Numbered from the stretch's first letter, positions 21,188 through 31,990 are shown. The stretch: 64,000 bases of DNA from a bacterium (GCA_030153785.1 JASKLF010000006.1:64001-128000), one strand, 5' to 3'. Notes: a model not told the origin generated them from the letters alone. Made by a program: numbers and translations.

Positions 21188-21718
21188 ATGAGGACTTCTA
21201 CCATGGTCCACGCAAGTATCCTCATAGCAATAAGTATAGTGCTGACAAGATTTGCAAGCTTCATGCTGACACCGTATATAAGGCTTGGTTTCGGCCCTAT
21301 CCCCATTTACCTTGGCGGGATTTTATTCGGTCCCTGGGTAGGAGCAATGATCGGTGGGCTCGCCGATTTGATAGGCTTTTGGTTCAATACATTCGGAGCT
21401 GCCCTTCCAAACCCCTTTATAGCACTAGCATCCGTGTGTAGAGGTCTTTTACCTCCCTTATTTTTAAAGATCTTAGGAGCGAAACAACCTTCCTTTAAGG
21501 CGCCTTTAATAACCATTGCCCTCACAGAAATAGTAGCGGGTTTAGGGCTAACGACCTATGGATTAACTACCATTTACCATCTACCCTTTTCTGTGCTCAT
21601 TGTACCAAGACTTGTATCAACATCCATCCTCGTGCTAATAAATTCTCTGATACTCTATCCGATCTCCACAAAACTGTTAGCAAATAAAGTTCTTCATAAA
21701 GAAGCCTCTTCTAATTAA
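21188..21718 (+). CDS. folT: Folate ECF transporter S component (start ATG 21188)
   Basis: SILIAISIVLTRF...IRLGFGPIP..LGGILFGPWVGAMIGGLADLIG; THF riboswitch upstream; SD AAGGAGGT. Confidence 0.88.
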   Translation: MRTSTMVHASILIAISIVLTRFASFMLTPYIRLGFGPIPIYLGGILFGPWVGAMIGGLADLIGFWFNTFGAALPNPFIALASVCRGLLPPLFLKILGAKQPSFKAPLITIALTEIVAGLGLTTYGLTTIYHLPFSVLIVPRLVSTSILVLINSLILYPISTKLLANKVLHKEASSN

Positions 21719-21761
21719 AAGGCATTTGGGGGCCCTAAGCTTTAGTGCCCCCAAATGCCTT
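21719..21761. terminator. Hairpin terminator between convergent folT and ispD
   Basis: AAGGCATTTGGGGGC / GCCCCCAAATGCCTT 15-bp inverted repeat; U-tract on the minus strand. Confidence 0.75.
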
Positions 21762-22478
21762 CTCAGAAAGTAAGACCTCGGCAATCTTAAGATCGATAGG
21801 GTAAGTTATTTTCACATTAATTGGGGTCCCCGGTATTAAATGAACTTTTTCCTCCTTAAAATATTTTAATATTAAAGAGCAGTCATCGGGGGCATCAAAA
21901 AATCCATCATCCACAGCTCTTCGATGGGCCTCCTTTATTAGAGAAATGTAAAAACCCTGGGGAGTATTAATCGTAAACAACCTTTCACGTGGAGGAATAT
22001 CCTCCACGACGAAACTTTCTCTTTCGCTAACCAAAGCCACAGTTTCTTTCACAGGGGTAGATAACGTCACCGCTTTAAATACTCTTAAAGCAGACAATAA
22101 ATTTTCTATATCCTCTTTAAAAACGAAAGGGCGAACAGCATCATGTATCAATACAATACCATCTTCCTCCGAAATGGTATCTAAACCCAGCTTGGAACTT
22201 TCCTGCCTCGTTTTCCCCCCACAAGTAATACTCTTTAACTTCCTGTACTTCTTTATACCTAATAATTCCTTAGCGAAATCCAAAAACCTTTTATTAACCA
22301 CCACAACAATTTCATCGACATTCTCGCTCTTTTCAAAAGGCATAATAGCCCACTCCAAGATAGTTCTATCCTTCAATTTTAAAAACTGCTTAGGAATCTC
22401 AGAGCCTAATCTTTTTCCCTCTCCACCCGCTAAAATTAAGGCATGAACCTTTTTGCCCAAAAACAACCCCAACACCAC
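21735..22478 (-). CDS. ispD: 2-C-methyl-D-erythritol 4-phosphate cytidylyltransferase (IspD/TarI family); exact start uncertain
   Basis: LAGGEGKRLG..PKQFL, GGKTRQES, IHDAVRPF, NTPQGF, NVKITYPIDL. Confidence 0.85.
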   Translation of the reverse strand: MVLGLFLGKKVHALILAGGEGKRLGSEIPKQFLKLKDRTILEWAIMPFEKSENVDEIVVVVNKRFLDFAKELLGIKKYRKLKSITCGGKTRQESSKLGLDTISEEDGIVLIHDAVRPFVFKEDIENLLSALRVFKAVTLSTPVKETVALVSERESFVVEDIPPRERLFTINTPQGFYISLIKEAHRRAVDDGFFDAPDDCSLILKYFKEEKVHLIPGTPINVKITYPIDLKIAEVLLSEKAFGGTKA

Positions 22479-22516
22479 CTTTATACTGTATAATTCTAAA
22501 AAGGGAGGTGATTTAA

Positions 22517-23114
22517 TTGAGCGAAAAGCTCAGCTGGATCAAGCTCGAAAAGGATGAATCTATTTACACAGACCCGAATAATCCCCCTGCATCAAAGGAA
22601 AAACTCTTAGATGCCATCGCAAGGTCAGCTTACAACTATCACCTATCACCATACCTACAGTGGCTGTACACGTGCCGTTCTATTAGCTCTCAATGAACAT
22701 CTCGATCTCGCCCCCGAAGAGGCCTTTAAATACTGCTTCAGTGCCTGCTCAACGCTTCCTGGCGGTGTAGCGAGAATGGGAGAAGTTTGCGGTGCTCTTA
22801 CTGGAGCCCTCTTAGCAATTGGTCTTGCCTGCGGACCTAAAGATCCTAAAGATGTAAAGGGTTATAGTAAAGCCTTAAAGGTAGGACACCAATTCTTTAC
22901 GAAGTTTAAAGAAACCTTTAAGCACGTGAGATGTCAAGACCTCCTTGATGAATTCTTTGGTAAAAGCATTAATTTCTGGGATCCAGAAGAGCGGACAGAA
23001 TGGATTAAAGCTGGTGGACCTAATATCTGCTCTTTATTATGCGCTGAAACAGCACGACTGGCTGGCGACACTATAATGGAAATTTTAGCTACTGAGAATC
23101 AAAAGTCTTCCTAA
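22517..23114 (+). pseudogene. C-GCAxxG-C-C family putative redox protein, frameshifted by a 7-bp tandem duplication
   Basis: SD GGAGGTGA + TTG 22517 opens MSEKLSW...AYNYH; CTATCAC is duplicated at 22636-22649; the next frame continues HTYSGCTRAV...GGV...EVCGALTG...RC...C. Confidence 0.75.
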
Positions 23115-23628
23115 GTTTCCTTTTAATTCGTTGAAGCGCGTTATCTACAACCTTCAAAGTGCAACCAAGCTCCTGAGCAATTTCTGTATAGGTTTTACCT
23201 TCTAAATACTTGCTAAGAACCTTATTTTCTAAGTCACTCAATTTAAGATTAATATCGAAGTCCATACTTTCCCAATCTTCCTTTTCTCTCCATAATGACA
23301 AACCGGGCTTTTCTTCTATTGAAACATACTTGTTCACGGGGATCTCCTTTTGACGAGTCGCCTTCCTCAAAACATCTGTAAATTGCCGTCTTAAGCACAT
23401 CTCCAAAAAACTTTCAAACTTCACTCCTTTATTCACATCAAAGGAGTTGACTGCCTTAAAAAGAGCAAGCAAACCTTCCTGAACTAAATCCTCATAATCC
23501 ATGTGAGGGACAAAATAATCACGGGCTATACTTTTAACAATAGGCAAGTAAATTTTTACTATCTCCCTCCATGCCTTAGAGGAGCCCTCCTTGGCCTTAA
23601 GAAGGAGGGCTCTTTTTCCATCCTCCAA
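23089..23628 (-). CDS. sigH: RNA polymerase sigma factor, SigH-like
   Basis: EDLVQEGLLALFKAVNSFD, FESFLEMCLRRQ, YLEGKTYTEIA...KVVDNALQRIKRKL. Confidence 0.8.
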   Translation of the reverse strand: MEDGKRALLLKAKEGSSKAWREIVKIYLPIVKSIARDYFVPHMDYEDLVQEGLLALFKAVNSFDVNKGVKFESFLEMCLRRQFTDVLRKATRQKEIPVNKYVSIEEKPGLSLWREKEDWESMDFDINLKLSDLENKVLSKYLEGKTYTEIAQELGCTLKVVDNALQRIKRKLRKTFDSQ

Positions 23629-23634
23629 AAAGGT

Positions 23635-24348
23635 TCACCTCACATCTTCCACTAACTCTGCATATAATACCTCGATTCTGCCATTTACATCCACAATCAA
23701 ACCACCATCGCTGCTTAACTCTATAGCTTTACCTTTTAAAAGGGTCCCATTCCTTTTAAAGGAAACTTCCTTACCCAAAGTGAGACACAAATTCCTATAA
23801 CGAGACAAAACAACCTCTTTCTCCTTCTCAACCAATCCTATGCTATTAACAACGCTATCCACTAATTTTTTAAAAACAAAATCTTCACTTAGACTACCTC
23901 CCAGTTCCCTTTCCAAGGAAGTAGAACCCGGGACCTCATCAATATCTTTCAAATTCAACCCAATACCTAACAAGCAAAACGCCAAGTTATCCCCTTCGAA
24001 CAAAGCTTCCAAAAGTACCCCACAAACCTTTTTGTCTGATAAAATAACATCGTTAGGCCATTTAAGAAAGGCTTTCAAGCCAAGGTCTTCAAGAGCATCA
24101 ACTACCCCCAATGCCGCTGCCAAATTTAAAAGGTTAAGCTCTTTTCCTCTTAGGGAGGTTTTAAAGGCATATGTGAACCAGATTCCTTTCCCCTTTGGGG
24201 AATACCATTTTCTTCCATGCCTTCCCTTCCCCAAGCTCTGCTCCTTAGCCCATATTATCGTTCCATTGACAAGTTCCCTGTTTCTGTAAAGCCTTTTAGC
24301 TTCTTCCTGGGTAGAATCCACACTGTCAAGATAAACTACCCTGTACAA
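23635..24348 (-). CDS. birA: Biotin-protein ligase (no N-terminal HTH)
   Basis: VDSTQ, QSLGKGRHGRKW.SP, KWPND, KKVCGVL, GIGLN. Confidence 0.93.
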   Translation of the reverse strand: MYRVVYLDSVDSTQEEAKRLYRNRELVNGTIIWAKEQSLGKGRHGRKWYSPKGKGIWFTYAFKTSLRGKELNLLNLAAALGVVDALEDLGLKAFLKWPNDVILSDKKVCGVLLEALFEGDNLAFCLLGIGLNLKDIDEVPGSTSLERELGGSLSEDFVFKKLVDSVVNSIGLVEKEKEVVLSRYRNLCLTLGKEVSFKRNGTLLKGKAIELSSDGGLIVDVNGRIEVLYAELVEDVR

Positions 24349-24356
24349 TTTCTCCC

Positions 24357-26735
24357 TTACTCCTCCTCTTTTCTTTCATTTTTTTCGTCTTTCCTCCTCC
24401 CCCACTCCTTAAGGACCTCCGCCATCTCTTTAAGCTTTCTTTCTACCTCTCTGTGAAAATCCTCAGGCTTTAGTCCTGTAAGAATCTCAATACCCTCATC
24501 TATAGTTTTTATAGCGTATATGTGAAATTCTCCTCTCTTTACAGCCTCTACTATGTCCTCCCTAAGCATAAGATTCTCCTTATTCCTATAAGGTATTATT
24601 ACACCTTGCTTCCCTGTCAAGCCCCTTATCTTACAGAAGTCAAAAAATCCAGCTATTTTTTTATTGACACCACCTATTGGCTGAATATTCCCTTTTTGAT
24701 CCACAGAACCTGTTATAGCAATATCCTGCCTCAAGGGTATCTCAGAGATAGCAGAAAGAAGAGCATAAAGTTCTGCGGCAGAAGCACTATCTCCCTCCAC
24801 ACCTTCGTAAAGTTGTTCGAAACATATGCTTGCAGAAAGCGTTAAAGAGAAATCCTTCGCATATCGAGAAGCCATATAGTTCGAAAGTATCATAACACCC
24901 TTATCATGGATCTTACCGCTCATCCTGCTTTCCCTTTCTATATTAACAACGCCACGTTGCCCAAGGTGAACTGTGGCTGTAATTCTACTGGGCTTTCCAA
25001 AGGTATAGTCTCCGAGATTAATAATAGCAAGCCCATTTATCTGGCCTACCCTCTTCCCATCGGTTTCCACAATTATCTGGTCTCTGGCAAACATTTCCTT
25101 AAGCCTTTCCTCATACTTGTTTTCACGATAGTTCTTTTCCTCTATAGCTCTTTTAACATGGGTTGCCGTAATATACCGACTTCCGTCCATTCTTGCCCAA
25201 GCGTCAGCCTCAACCAGAATAGGAATAATCTCACTAAACCTTGTAGTAAGCTTCTTCTGGTCTTCCGCAAGTTCGCTACTATAGTCTATAAGCGCAGCTA
25301 ATGCGGTTTTATCACAATGAAGCAAACCTTCCTCCCGACAGTAGGAAGAAATAAAAGCACAGACATCCCTTACATTTTCCTCATTCCTTTCCATATCTAT
25401 ATCGAAGTCAACCTTTATCTTAAAGAGCTTCTTGAAGTCCTCATCGAAAATAGAAAGAAGATGGTATATCAAAGGAGAACCAATCAACAAAACTTTAACT
25501 TTCACAGGAATAGGCTCGGGTACCAAACCCGACATTGGAATAAGACCGACATGTTCAGCTATATTCTCTATTCTTATTTCACCTGTTTTAAGAACCCTCT
25601 TTAGAGCATCCCAAGCGCCGAAGTTTCTAAGCACATCGGTAACATTAAGAATAAGATACCCTCCGTTTGCCCTGTGAATGGCTCCAGCCTTTATCTTGGT
25701 AAAATCTGTTACTAAAAACCCCATTCTCTGTTCATACTCGAGCTTCCCAACCAAGTTGTAATAGGTTGGATTACTTTCAAACACCACGGGTGCGCCTTGA
25801 AGACGGGAATTATCAACCAAAAGATTAACCCTATATCTATCGAACGAAGGATGATGTTTTTTGGGAGCTTCTTCTCCCTCGGCAGTTGCAAGAAAATCGT
25901 GAAGGTGATCAACCACATCTTCCATCATGTCCTCTAGAAAGGCAACCACCTTAGGAAGATCTATATATTTTTCCTTCAAATCCTTAAAAAGACCACCTAT
26001 AACGAAGACACATAGCTCTCTTTCCAGTCGTTTCATTTTTGCACGAGTTTCTCTTTCTAATTTCTGAACCTCTTTCATAACCTGCATTGTCCTTTCATGA
26101 AGTTCTAGCGACCTAGCCTCTAATTCCTTCTTCTTCTCCGGAGGCAAAGCGTTAAACTCCTCTTGGGTCATTTCTCTTCCATCAATTAAAGGAACATTTA
26201 TGAATCCCGTCGGAGTCCTCTTTAAGGCAAACCCCAATAGCTCTGCCTCTCTATTTAAAGCTTCCATAAGCCTGTTAACCTCTTCTTGAAGTTCCTTAAG
26301 CACTGACCTCTTCTTGGCCTCAAACTCTTCTCCTTCAAAAGCTTTAGGAATTCTAACCTTCAACTCCTCAAGAAGTTCTCTTATGTCTTCAACAAACTCC
26401 CGTCCTTTACCGGGCGGGAAAAATAAAGCGATCGGTCTCGATGGGTTTTTAAAGTTATACACATAACACCAGTCGTAAGGCGTAGGGTCGGTCAAAGCAA
26501 CTTCATGTGCTATTTTTCTTGCATAGGTCGTTCTTCCCGTTCCGGTAAGCCCTACAAAAAAGAGGTTATACCCGGGGCTCTTTACCCTTAGGCCAAAATG
26601 AGCAGCTTTTACCACTCTATCCTGACCAATTATGCCTTTGTCAAGAGGTTTTACTTCCTCAGTAGTCTCAAAATCAAATATATCTGATGGACACCTCACT
26701 CTAAGTTCCTCATAGGACAGTTCCAAAGAGAACAC
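24357..26735 (-). CDS. LonC-type (AAA_32) Lon-like protease
   Basis: IIGQDR, DWCYVYNF, NPTYYNLVG, GAIHRANGGYL, GQINGL, FEQLY.GVEGDSAS, QPIGGVNKKI. Confidence 0.9.
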   Translation of the reverse strand: MFSLELSYEELRVRCPSDIFDFETTEEVKPLDKGIIGQDRVVKAAHFGLRVKSPGYNLFFVGLTGTGRTTYARKIAHEVALTDPTPYDWCYVYNFKNPSRPIALFFPPGKGREFVEDIRELLEELKVRIPKAFEGEEFEAKKRSVLKELQEEVNRLMEALNREAELLGFALKRTPTGFINVPLIDGREMTQEEFNALPPEKKKELEARSLELHERTMQVMKEVQKLERETRAKMKRLERELCVFVIGGLFKDLKEKYIDLPKVVAFLEDMMEDVVDHLHDFLATAEGEEAPKKHHPSFDRYRVNLLVDNSRLQGAPVVFESNPTYYNLVGKLEYEQRMGFLVTDFTKIKAGAIHRANGGYLILNVTDVLRNFGAWDALKRVLKTGEIRIENIAEHVGLIPMSGLVPEPIPVKVKVLLIGSPLIYHLLSIFDEDFKKLFKIKVDFDIDMERNEENVRDVCAFISSYCREEGLLHCDKTALAALIDYSSELAEDQKKLTTRFSEIIPILVEADAWARMDGSRYITATHVKRAIEEKNYRENKYEERLKEMFARDQIIVETDGKRVGQINGLAIINLGDYTFGKPSRITATVHLGQRGVVNIERESRMSGKIHDKGVMILSNYMASRYAKDFSLTLSASICFEQLYEGVEGDSASAAELYALLSAISEIPLRQDIAITGSVDQKGNIQPIGGVNKKIAGFFDFCKIRGLTGKQGVIIPYRNKENLMLREDIVEAVKRGEFHIYAIKTIDEGIEILTGLKPEDFHREVERKLKEMAEVLKEWGRRKDEKNERKEEE

Positions 26736-26758
26736 CCCCTTTTTAAAACCTTAAGTAA

Positions 26759-26786
26759 AATTATATCAAACATTTGTGATATAATT
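26759..26786. promoter_or_regulatory. Palindromic back-to-back extended -10 elements (lonC / surA-like)
   Basis: AATTATATCA-N8-TGATATAATT gives TGnTATAAT on both strands in a divergent gap. Confidence 0.6.
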
Positions 26787-26825
26787 CTAAGGTAAGAAAC
26801 AAACACTCAAAGGAGGTAAGATTTC

Positions 26826-27908
26826 ATGTTCAAAACATTAAGAAGCCAAATGAAGCTAATATTCATAATAGTTGCAGTTTTCTTCGCCTTATCTATTTAT
26901 GTAGGATATGGTGTATATACCCGAGGAAGGGGGGCGTCTAATCCGCCACCAAGCACAACAGCGGCCTTAGTAAACGGTGTTCCAATATCAACCGCCCTGC
27001 TTAACTCCGCAGTAAGAAATCAACTCTCAAATTATAAAACCGAAGACCTGAAAAATTTAACTAAAGAAGACTTCGATAATATAAGAAGAAATGTGCTTCA
27101 GGCACTGATAAACTATGAACTCCTCTATCAAGAAGCCATAAAAGAGGGATTAAAACCGTCAAGTAAAGAAATAGATGAAGCCATAACCAATTTAGAGAAG
27201 AGATTTACAACGAAGGAGGAATTTCTTTCCTTCCTACAAAGACAAGGTATAACTTTATCAGATCTCAGAAGGGGTTTAGAGCGAGAGATAGCAGTTAATA
27301 AAATTCTCAGGAAAATCCAAGACAGCGTAGTGATAAATGAAGCTCAAATCAAGGAGATATACGAAAAGTATAAAGAATTTTTAGTTGAACCTCAAAAGTT
27401 CGAAATAGCCTATAAGGCCTTTAGAGACCCACAGAAAGCTGAAGAAATGTACGAAAACCTAAAAAGTGGAAAGAAATGGGAAGAAATAGAGCAGGAAGTA
27501 AAACCTGAAAAGAAAACCTTATCTGAACTTCCGAAAGTCTTCGCGGAGCACGAAAAAGACTTAAAAGTCGGATCTCCCTTCATAATAAAGGGAGAGGAAG
27601 AAACCTTTGTAGGTTATGTCTTTTCAATAACCCCTTCCCGCCAAAAAACATACGAAGAGGTAAAAGATCAGCTTGAAAACATTCTCAAATACACGGAAGG
27701 GTTAGAGGCAAGGAGAAAATTTATCCTATCGCTGAGAGAAAAAGCTGATATTAAGTATCCAGATCCAAACCTAGCTCCCCTTCCTCCATCTCAGGAGGAA
27801 ACTCCAGAATCTTTAACTACAGAAGCAACAACTTCACAGAAAACCGAGCAAAAACAGCAACAAGAACCAACCTCTCCATCAACTCCAGGAAGCTCGAACA
27901 ATAATTAG
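26826..27908 (+). CDS. SurA/PrsA-like membrane-anchored chaperone (SurA N-terminal domain)
   Basis: N-terminal TM, AALVNG..I, LQALINYELLYQEA, YEEVKDQL, LREKADIK; low-complexity tail. Confidence 0.8.
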   Translation: MFKTLRSQMKLIFIIVAVFFALSIYVGYGVYTRGRGASNPPPSTTAALVNGVPISTALLNSAVRNQLSNYKTEDLKNLTKEDFDNIRRNVLQALINYELLYQEAIKEGLKPSSKEIDEAITNLEKRFTTKEEFLSFLQRQGITLSDLRRGLEREIAVNKILRKIQDSVVINEAQIKEIYEKYKEFLVEPQKFEIAYKAFRDPQKAEEMYENLKSGKKWEEIEQEVKPEKKTLSELPKVFAEHEKDLKVGSPFIIKGEEETFVGYVFSITPSRQKTYEEVKDQLENILKYTEGLEARRKFILSLREKADIKYPDPNLAPLPPSQEETPESLTTEATTSQKTEQKQQQEPTSPSTPGSSNNN

Positions 27909-27949
27909 AAAAAAGGGCTACCCTTCTTACACGAGGGTAGCCCCTTTTT
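27909..27949. terminator. Bidirectional intrinsic terminator
   Basis: AAAAAAGGGCTACCCT...AGGGTAGCCCCTTTTT between convergent genes. Confidence 0.85.
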
Positions 27950-28731
27950 CAAAGGGTTCTTTCTATCCTTCTTATAGAAAGAGACCTAAGGTTTGCAACA
28001 TCAACCTCAAAGAAAACTGCTTGTAAGGCTATTTTACCTCCTGCCACTTCGAGCTTCTCAGGTATTCCCGTAAGAAACCTTTTTAAAACCTTTTGAGGAT
28101 TCATACCAATTATAGATTCTACAGGGCCTGTCATTCCCACATCAGTTATATAAGCAGTTCCCTTGGGAAATACTCTCTCATCAGCAGTAGGAACGTGAGT
28201 GTGCGTACCAATAACAGCAACAACTTTACCATCAAAGTGGTATGCAAAAGCTATTTTCTCCGATGTAGCCTCTGCATGAAAATCCACGATGATAGGTTTT
28301 CTAACCTCCTCAAGCTTCGATAAAAGCTCCTCCATTTTTTCAAAGGGACAATTGATGGGAGGCATAAATATCCTTCCCTGCATGTTAACCACAACAACAT
28401 TTCCTAAGTCTATATAACCCTTACCAGGCGCTTTAGCAGGATAGTTGTAAGGTCTCAAGAGGGGGTACTCCCCCTTTTGGAGGAGTTCAACCCCCTCTTT
28501 TTTATCCCATACGTGATTTCCCGTGGTAATTACGTCAACACCAGCGGAAAGCACTTCTTCTACTACGCTCCGCGTTAAACCAAAACCACCAGCCGCGTTT
28601 TCAGCATTAGCTATTACTACATCCGCCTTAAGCTCTTCCTTAAGGGGAGAGAGCAACTCCTTAAGGGCCTTCCGCCCAGGACTCCCTACAACATCTCCTA
28701 CAAAGAGAACCTTTAAAATATTACTTTGCAT
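27949..28731 (-). CDS. ymdB: YmdB-like metallophosphoesterase (TIGR00282)
   Basis: [47 protein letters not shown]; follows rny. Confidence 0.92.
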   Translation of the reverse strand: MQSNILKVLFVGDVVGSPGRKALKELLSPLKEELKADVVIANAENAAGGFGLTRSVVEEVLSAGVDVITTGNHVWDKKEGVELLQKGEYPLLRPYNYPAKAPGKGYIDLGNVVVVNMQGRIFMPPINCPFEKMEELLSKLEEVRKPIIVDFHAEATSEKIAFAYHFDGKVVAVIGTHTHVPTADERVFPKGTAYITDVGMTGPVESIIGMNPQKVLKRFLTGIPEKLEVAGGKIALQAVFFEVDVANLRSLSIRRIERTL

Positions 28732-30268
28732 AGTCCACGCTCCTTGTCTCTCTTATAACCGTCACCTTTATCTGGCCAGGATATTTTAGCTCGCTTTCAA
28801 TCTTCCTTGCTATATCATAAGCAAGTTTTGCAGAAAGGGCATCATCTACAAATTCCGGCTTAACTATTACTCTTACCTCTCTTCCTGCTTGGATAGCATA
28901 GGCTTTCTCGATGCCATTGAAGGAAGAAGCTATTCTCTCTAAGTTTTCTAGTCTCTTTATGTATTCTTCAAAACTTTCTCTTCTCGCTCCAGGTCTTGAA
29001 GCGGATATAGCATCGGCAGCCTGAACTAAAACCGCTATAACAGTTTTAGGCTCTACTTCACCATGATGAGCTTCTATAGCATGTATTACTTCCTCAGATT
29101 CTCCATATTTTTTGGCAAGCTCCGCTCCTATACAGGAATGTGTTCCTTCAACATCGGTATCGATAGCCTTACCTATGTCATGTAACAGACCTGCCCTCTT
29201 TGCTAAAAGGACATCTTCCCCCAGCTCAGCAGCCATAACGCCAGCAATATATGCAACCTCAAGGGAATGAGTTAACATATTTTGCCCATAGCTGGTTCTA
29301 TATTTTAGCATACCTAAAAGCCTGATAAGCTCAGGATGCATTCTGCCAACCTTTGTCTGAAAAATAGCATCTTCTCCTGCCTCTCTTATATCCTCCTCCA
29401 CTTCCTTTAATGCTTTCCCATACATCTCTTCTATACGGGCAGGATGAATCCTACCATCAGCTATTAGTTTTTCTAGCGTTCTCCTTGCTATCTCACGCCT
29501 TATTGGGTTATGGCACGAAACTATCACAGCCTCTGGAGTATCATCGACTATCAAATCAGCACCAGTTATCGTTTCAAAGGTTCTTATATTTCTTCCTTCT
29601 CTACCGATTATTCTACCCTTCATATCGTCATTGGGAAGCGGAACCACAGAAACCGTGGCTTCAATCACATGGTCCACTGCACACTTTTGAATTGCAAGAG
29701 AAATTATTTCCCTCGCTTTACGCTCCGCCTCCCTCTTAGCCTGGGCCTCCATTTCCTTTATCATCAAACCAACATGCCCTTCAATTTCCTTCTTAACCTC
29801 CTCAAGAAGAAGAGCCCTCGCCTCTTCAGAACTCAATCCCGCTATTCTTTCTAATGTGGCCCTTTGTTCCTCCACTAATCTCTCAGCTTCTTTTCTAATT
29901 TCCTCTATTTCCTTCTCTCTCAGCTTTAACTCCTCTTCCCGACGAATAAGGGCTTCGCTTCTCCTTTCAAGACTTTCTTCTTTCTGTAAAATCCGCCTCT
30001 CAAACCTTTGAAGCTCGACCTTCCTCTCCCTATACTCTCTCTCCCATTCATTTCTTAGTCTATAAATCTCGTCCTTAGCTTCTTGTATCTTTTCCCTCTT
30101 TATTTTTTCTCCTTCTTTTTCAGCATTATTCAAGATTGTTTTTGCTATCTCTTCAGCTGATTTAATCCTCTTTTCGGACAAGTATCTTCTCAGTAAGTAT
30201 CCGATTGCAATACCTCCTGATACAGCCATCAGGATGTTAATAAGATAAAAAATTCCGATGGTAATCAC
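28721..30268 (-). CDS. rny: Ribonuclease Y
   Basis: N-terminal TM, coiled coil, KH domain [15 protein letters not shown] domain [14 protein letters not shown]. Confidence 0.97.
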   Translation of the reverse strand: MITIGIFYLINILMAVSGGIAIGYLLRRYLSEKRIKSAEEIAKTILNNAEKEGEKIKREKIQEAKDEIYRLRNEWEREYRERKVELQRFERRILQKEESLERRSEALIRREEELKLREKEIEEIRKEAERLVEEQRATLERIAGLSSEEARALLLEEVKKEIEGHVGLMIKEMEAQAKREAERKAREIISLAIQKCAVDHVIEATVSVVPLPNDDMKGRIIGREGRNIRTFETITGADLIVDDTPEAVIVSCHNPIRREIARRTLEKLIADGRIHPARIEEMYGKALKEVEEDIREAGEDAIFQTKVGRMHPELIRLLGMLKYRTSYGQNMLTHSLEVAYIAGVMAAELGEDVLLAKRAGLLHDIGKAIDTDVEGTHSCIGAELAKKYGESEEVIHAIEAHHGEVEPKTVIAVLVQAADAISASRPGARRESFEEYIKRLENLERIASSFNGIEKAYAIQAGREVRVIVKPEFVDDALSAKLAYDIARKIESELKYPGQIKVTVIRETRSVDYAK

Positions 30269-30320
30269 CCCCTTATTCCATTTTCAAGGATCTTTAAGGA
30301 AGAATCTTGCAAAAGAAAAG

Positions 30321-31397
30321 CTATTTCTTACTTCTTTCGTTGAAGAGATCTTCTTTTTGAGAAGCCTCTTTATCTTGCCCTCTTGTCTCTTCTCCCCTAA
30401 GCCTTTCTAAAACTGCCTTTTCTATCTCGTCCATCAAATGTGGGTTTTCCTGAAGATAATTCTTGGCTGTCTCTTTACCTTGACCGAGACGTTCCTCGCC
30501 AAAGTAAAACCAAGAACCGCTTTGCCTAATTACCCCAAGGAGCAAAGCCCCCTCTAGCACACTCGATGCTCTCGAAACGCCTTCACCGTAAATAAGGTCA
30601 AACTCTGCTTCCCTAAAAGGAGGAGCAACCTTATTCTTCACAACCTTCACTTTAACCCTAGACCCCAGCGTTTCCTGACCTTGTTTTATAGTTTCTCCCC
30701 TTCTAACATCAAGCCTCAGTGAAGAATAAAACTTCAATGCTCTTCCTCCAGGTGTGGTCTCCGTAGGACCAAAGTAGTAACCTGTAGAAACCTTTTCTCT
30801 AATCTGGTTTATAAATACTACAATGCTCCTCGTTTTACCAACAGCGGCTGTAAGCTTCCTCAATGCTTGCGACATTAATCTGGCCTGTAGAGCAACGTGA
30901 GCATCCCCCATTGCTCCCTCTATTTCTGCCTGGGGAACAAGAGCTGCCACCGAATCCACAACTATGACATCAACTGCCCCACTTCTCACCAAGGTTTCGA
31001 CTATCTCTAAAGCCTGTTCACCACTATCGGGTTGCGATAAAAGCAAATCTTCTACTTTTATTCCCAATCTTTTAGCATACCGAGGATCCAAAGCATGCTC
31101 CGCATCTATAAAAGCTGCCACTCCTCCCAATTTCTGAGCAGAAGCTATGAGATACAGCGCCACCGTGGTCTTACCTGAACCTTCAGGCCCAAATATTTCA
31201 ACTATTCTCCCTCGCGGAAATCCTCCTACTCCCAAAGCTATATCAAGTGGAAGAATTCCCGAAGGAATCACCTCAACAGTAGTAAGACTTTCTTCGCCTA
31301 ATCTCATTATTGCTCCTTTGCCAAAACTCTTTTCTATTCTCGATATAGCCTCCTTAAGCATTCTCTCCCTCTCTGAGGATACCTTATCCAAAGTCAT
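30321..31397 (-). CDS. recA: Recombinase A
   Basis: [51 protein letters not shown]. Confidence 0.99.
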   Translation of the reverse strand: MTLDKVSSERERMLKEAISRIEKSFGKGAIMRLGEESLTTVEVIPSGILPLDIALGVGGFPRGRIVEIFGPEGSGKTTVALYLIASAQKLGGVAAFIDAEHALDPRYAKRLGIKVEDLLLSQPDSGEQALEIVETLVRSGAVDVIVVDSVAALVPQAEIEGAMGDAHVALQARLMSQALRKLTAAVGKTRSIVVFINQIREKVSTGYYFGPTETTPGGRALKFYSSLRLDVRRGETIKQGQETLGSRVKVKVVKNKVAPPFREAEFDLIYGEGVSRASSVLEGALLLGVIRQSGSWFYFGEERLGQGKETAKNYLQENPHLMDEIEKAVLERLRGEETRGQDKEASQKEDLFNERSKK

Positions 31398-31990
31398 TCC
31401 TGCCCTCCTTTCAAAGGGAAAATAGCTATTGGGGTGTAAACCGGTCCTCTGGGAAGCAAGTGACTTTTCATAAGTATAACATCTCCTACCATAAATTCAC
31501 CCAAAAACATATCATTCCTTTCCTCCAAATAAGCTCTTAGCATAGAGGAAATTTTTCCACTTTTGGCTCTGCCCAAAGTAATGTGAGGAGAAAAAGATTT
31601 GCTGTCCTTAACGAAGTCCAGTTTTCTGGCTTCAGCTTCGATAAAATCTCTCAAAATTTTAAGTTGACCTACGCCTTCCCCCTCGATTCCAAGCCATATC
31701 ACCCTCGGGCGGTTCCAATCGGGGAAAACACCAAAACCCTTTAAGGTTAGTCTGAATGAAGACAACTTAAGATTAGGTATCATCTTTGACAAAAGATTTC
31801 TTATTTTGTCCACCTTGGTGACAGGCTCCTCCCCCAAAAACTTCAAGGTAAGATGAAGATTTTGCTCCTCGACCCATTTAACGCTACTGTCTAGCTTTTT
31901 AGCCTCAGACACAAAACCATAGATCGACCTCTTGATATCGCTTGGAAGGTCTATACATATGAAAGATCTAACTATCTCTCTCTTGCCCAA
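31394..31990 (-). CDS. thpR: RNA 2',3'-cyclic phosphodiesterase (2H family)
   Basis: HLTLKFLG and PHITLGR motifs; RPRVIW. Confidence 0.92.
   Translation of the reverse strand: MGKREIVRSFICIDLPSDIKRSIYGFVSEAKKLDSSVKWVEEQNLHLTLKFLGEEPVTKVDKIRNLLSKMIPNLKLSSFRLTLKGFGVFPDWNRPRVIWLGIEGEGVGQLKILRDFIEAEARKLDFVKDSKSFSPHITLGRAKSGKISSMLRAYLEERNDMFLGEFMVGDVILMKSHLLPRGPVYTPIAIFPLKGGQE

Noticed and set aside
27780..27905. Low-complexity P/S/T/E/Q tail of the SurA-like protein as a DNA repeat
   Set aside because: No exact nucleotide repeat unit; ordinary disordered tail.
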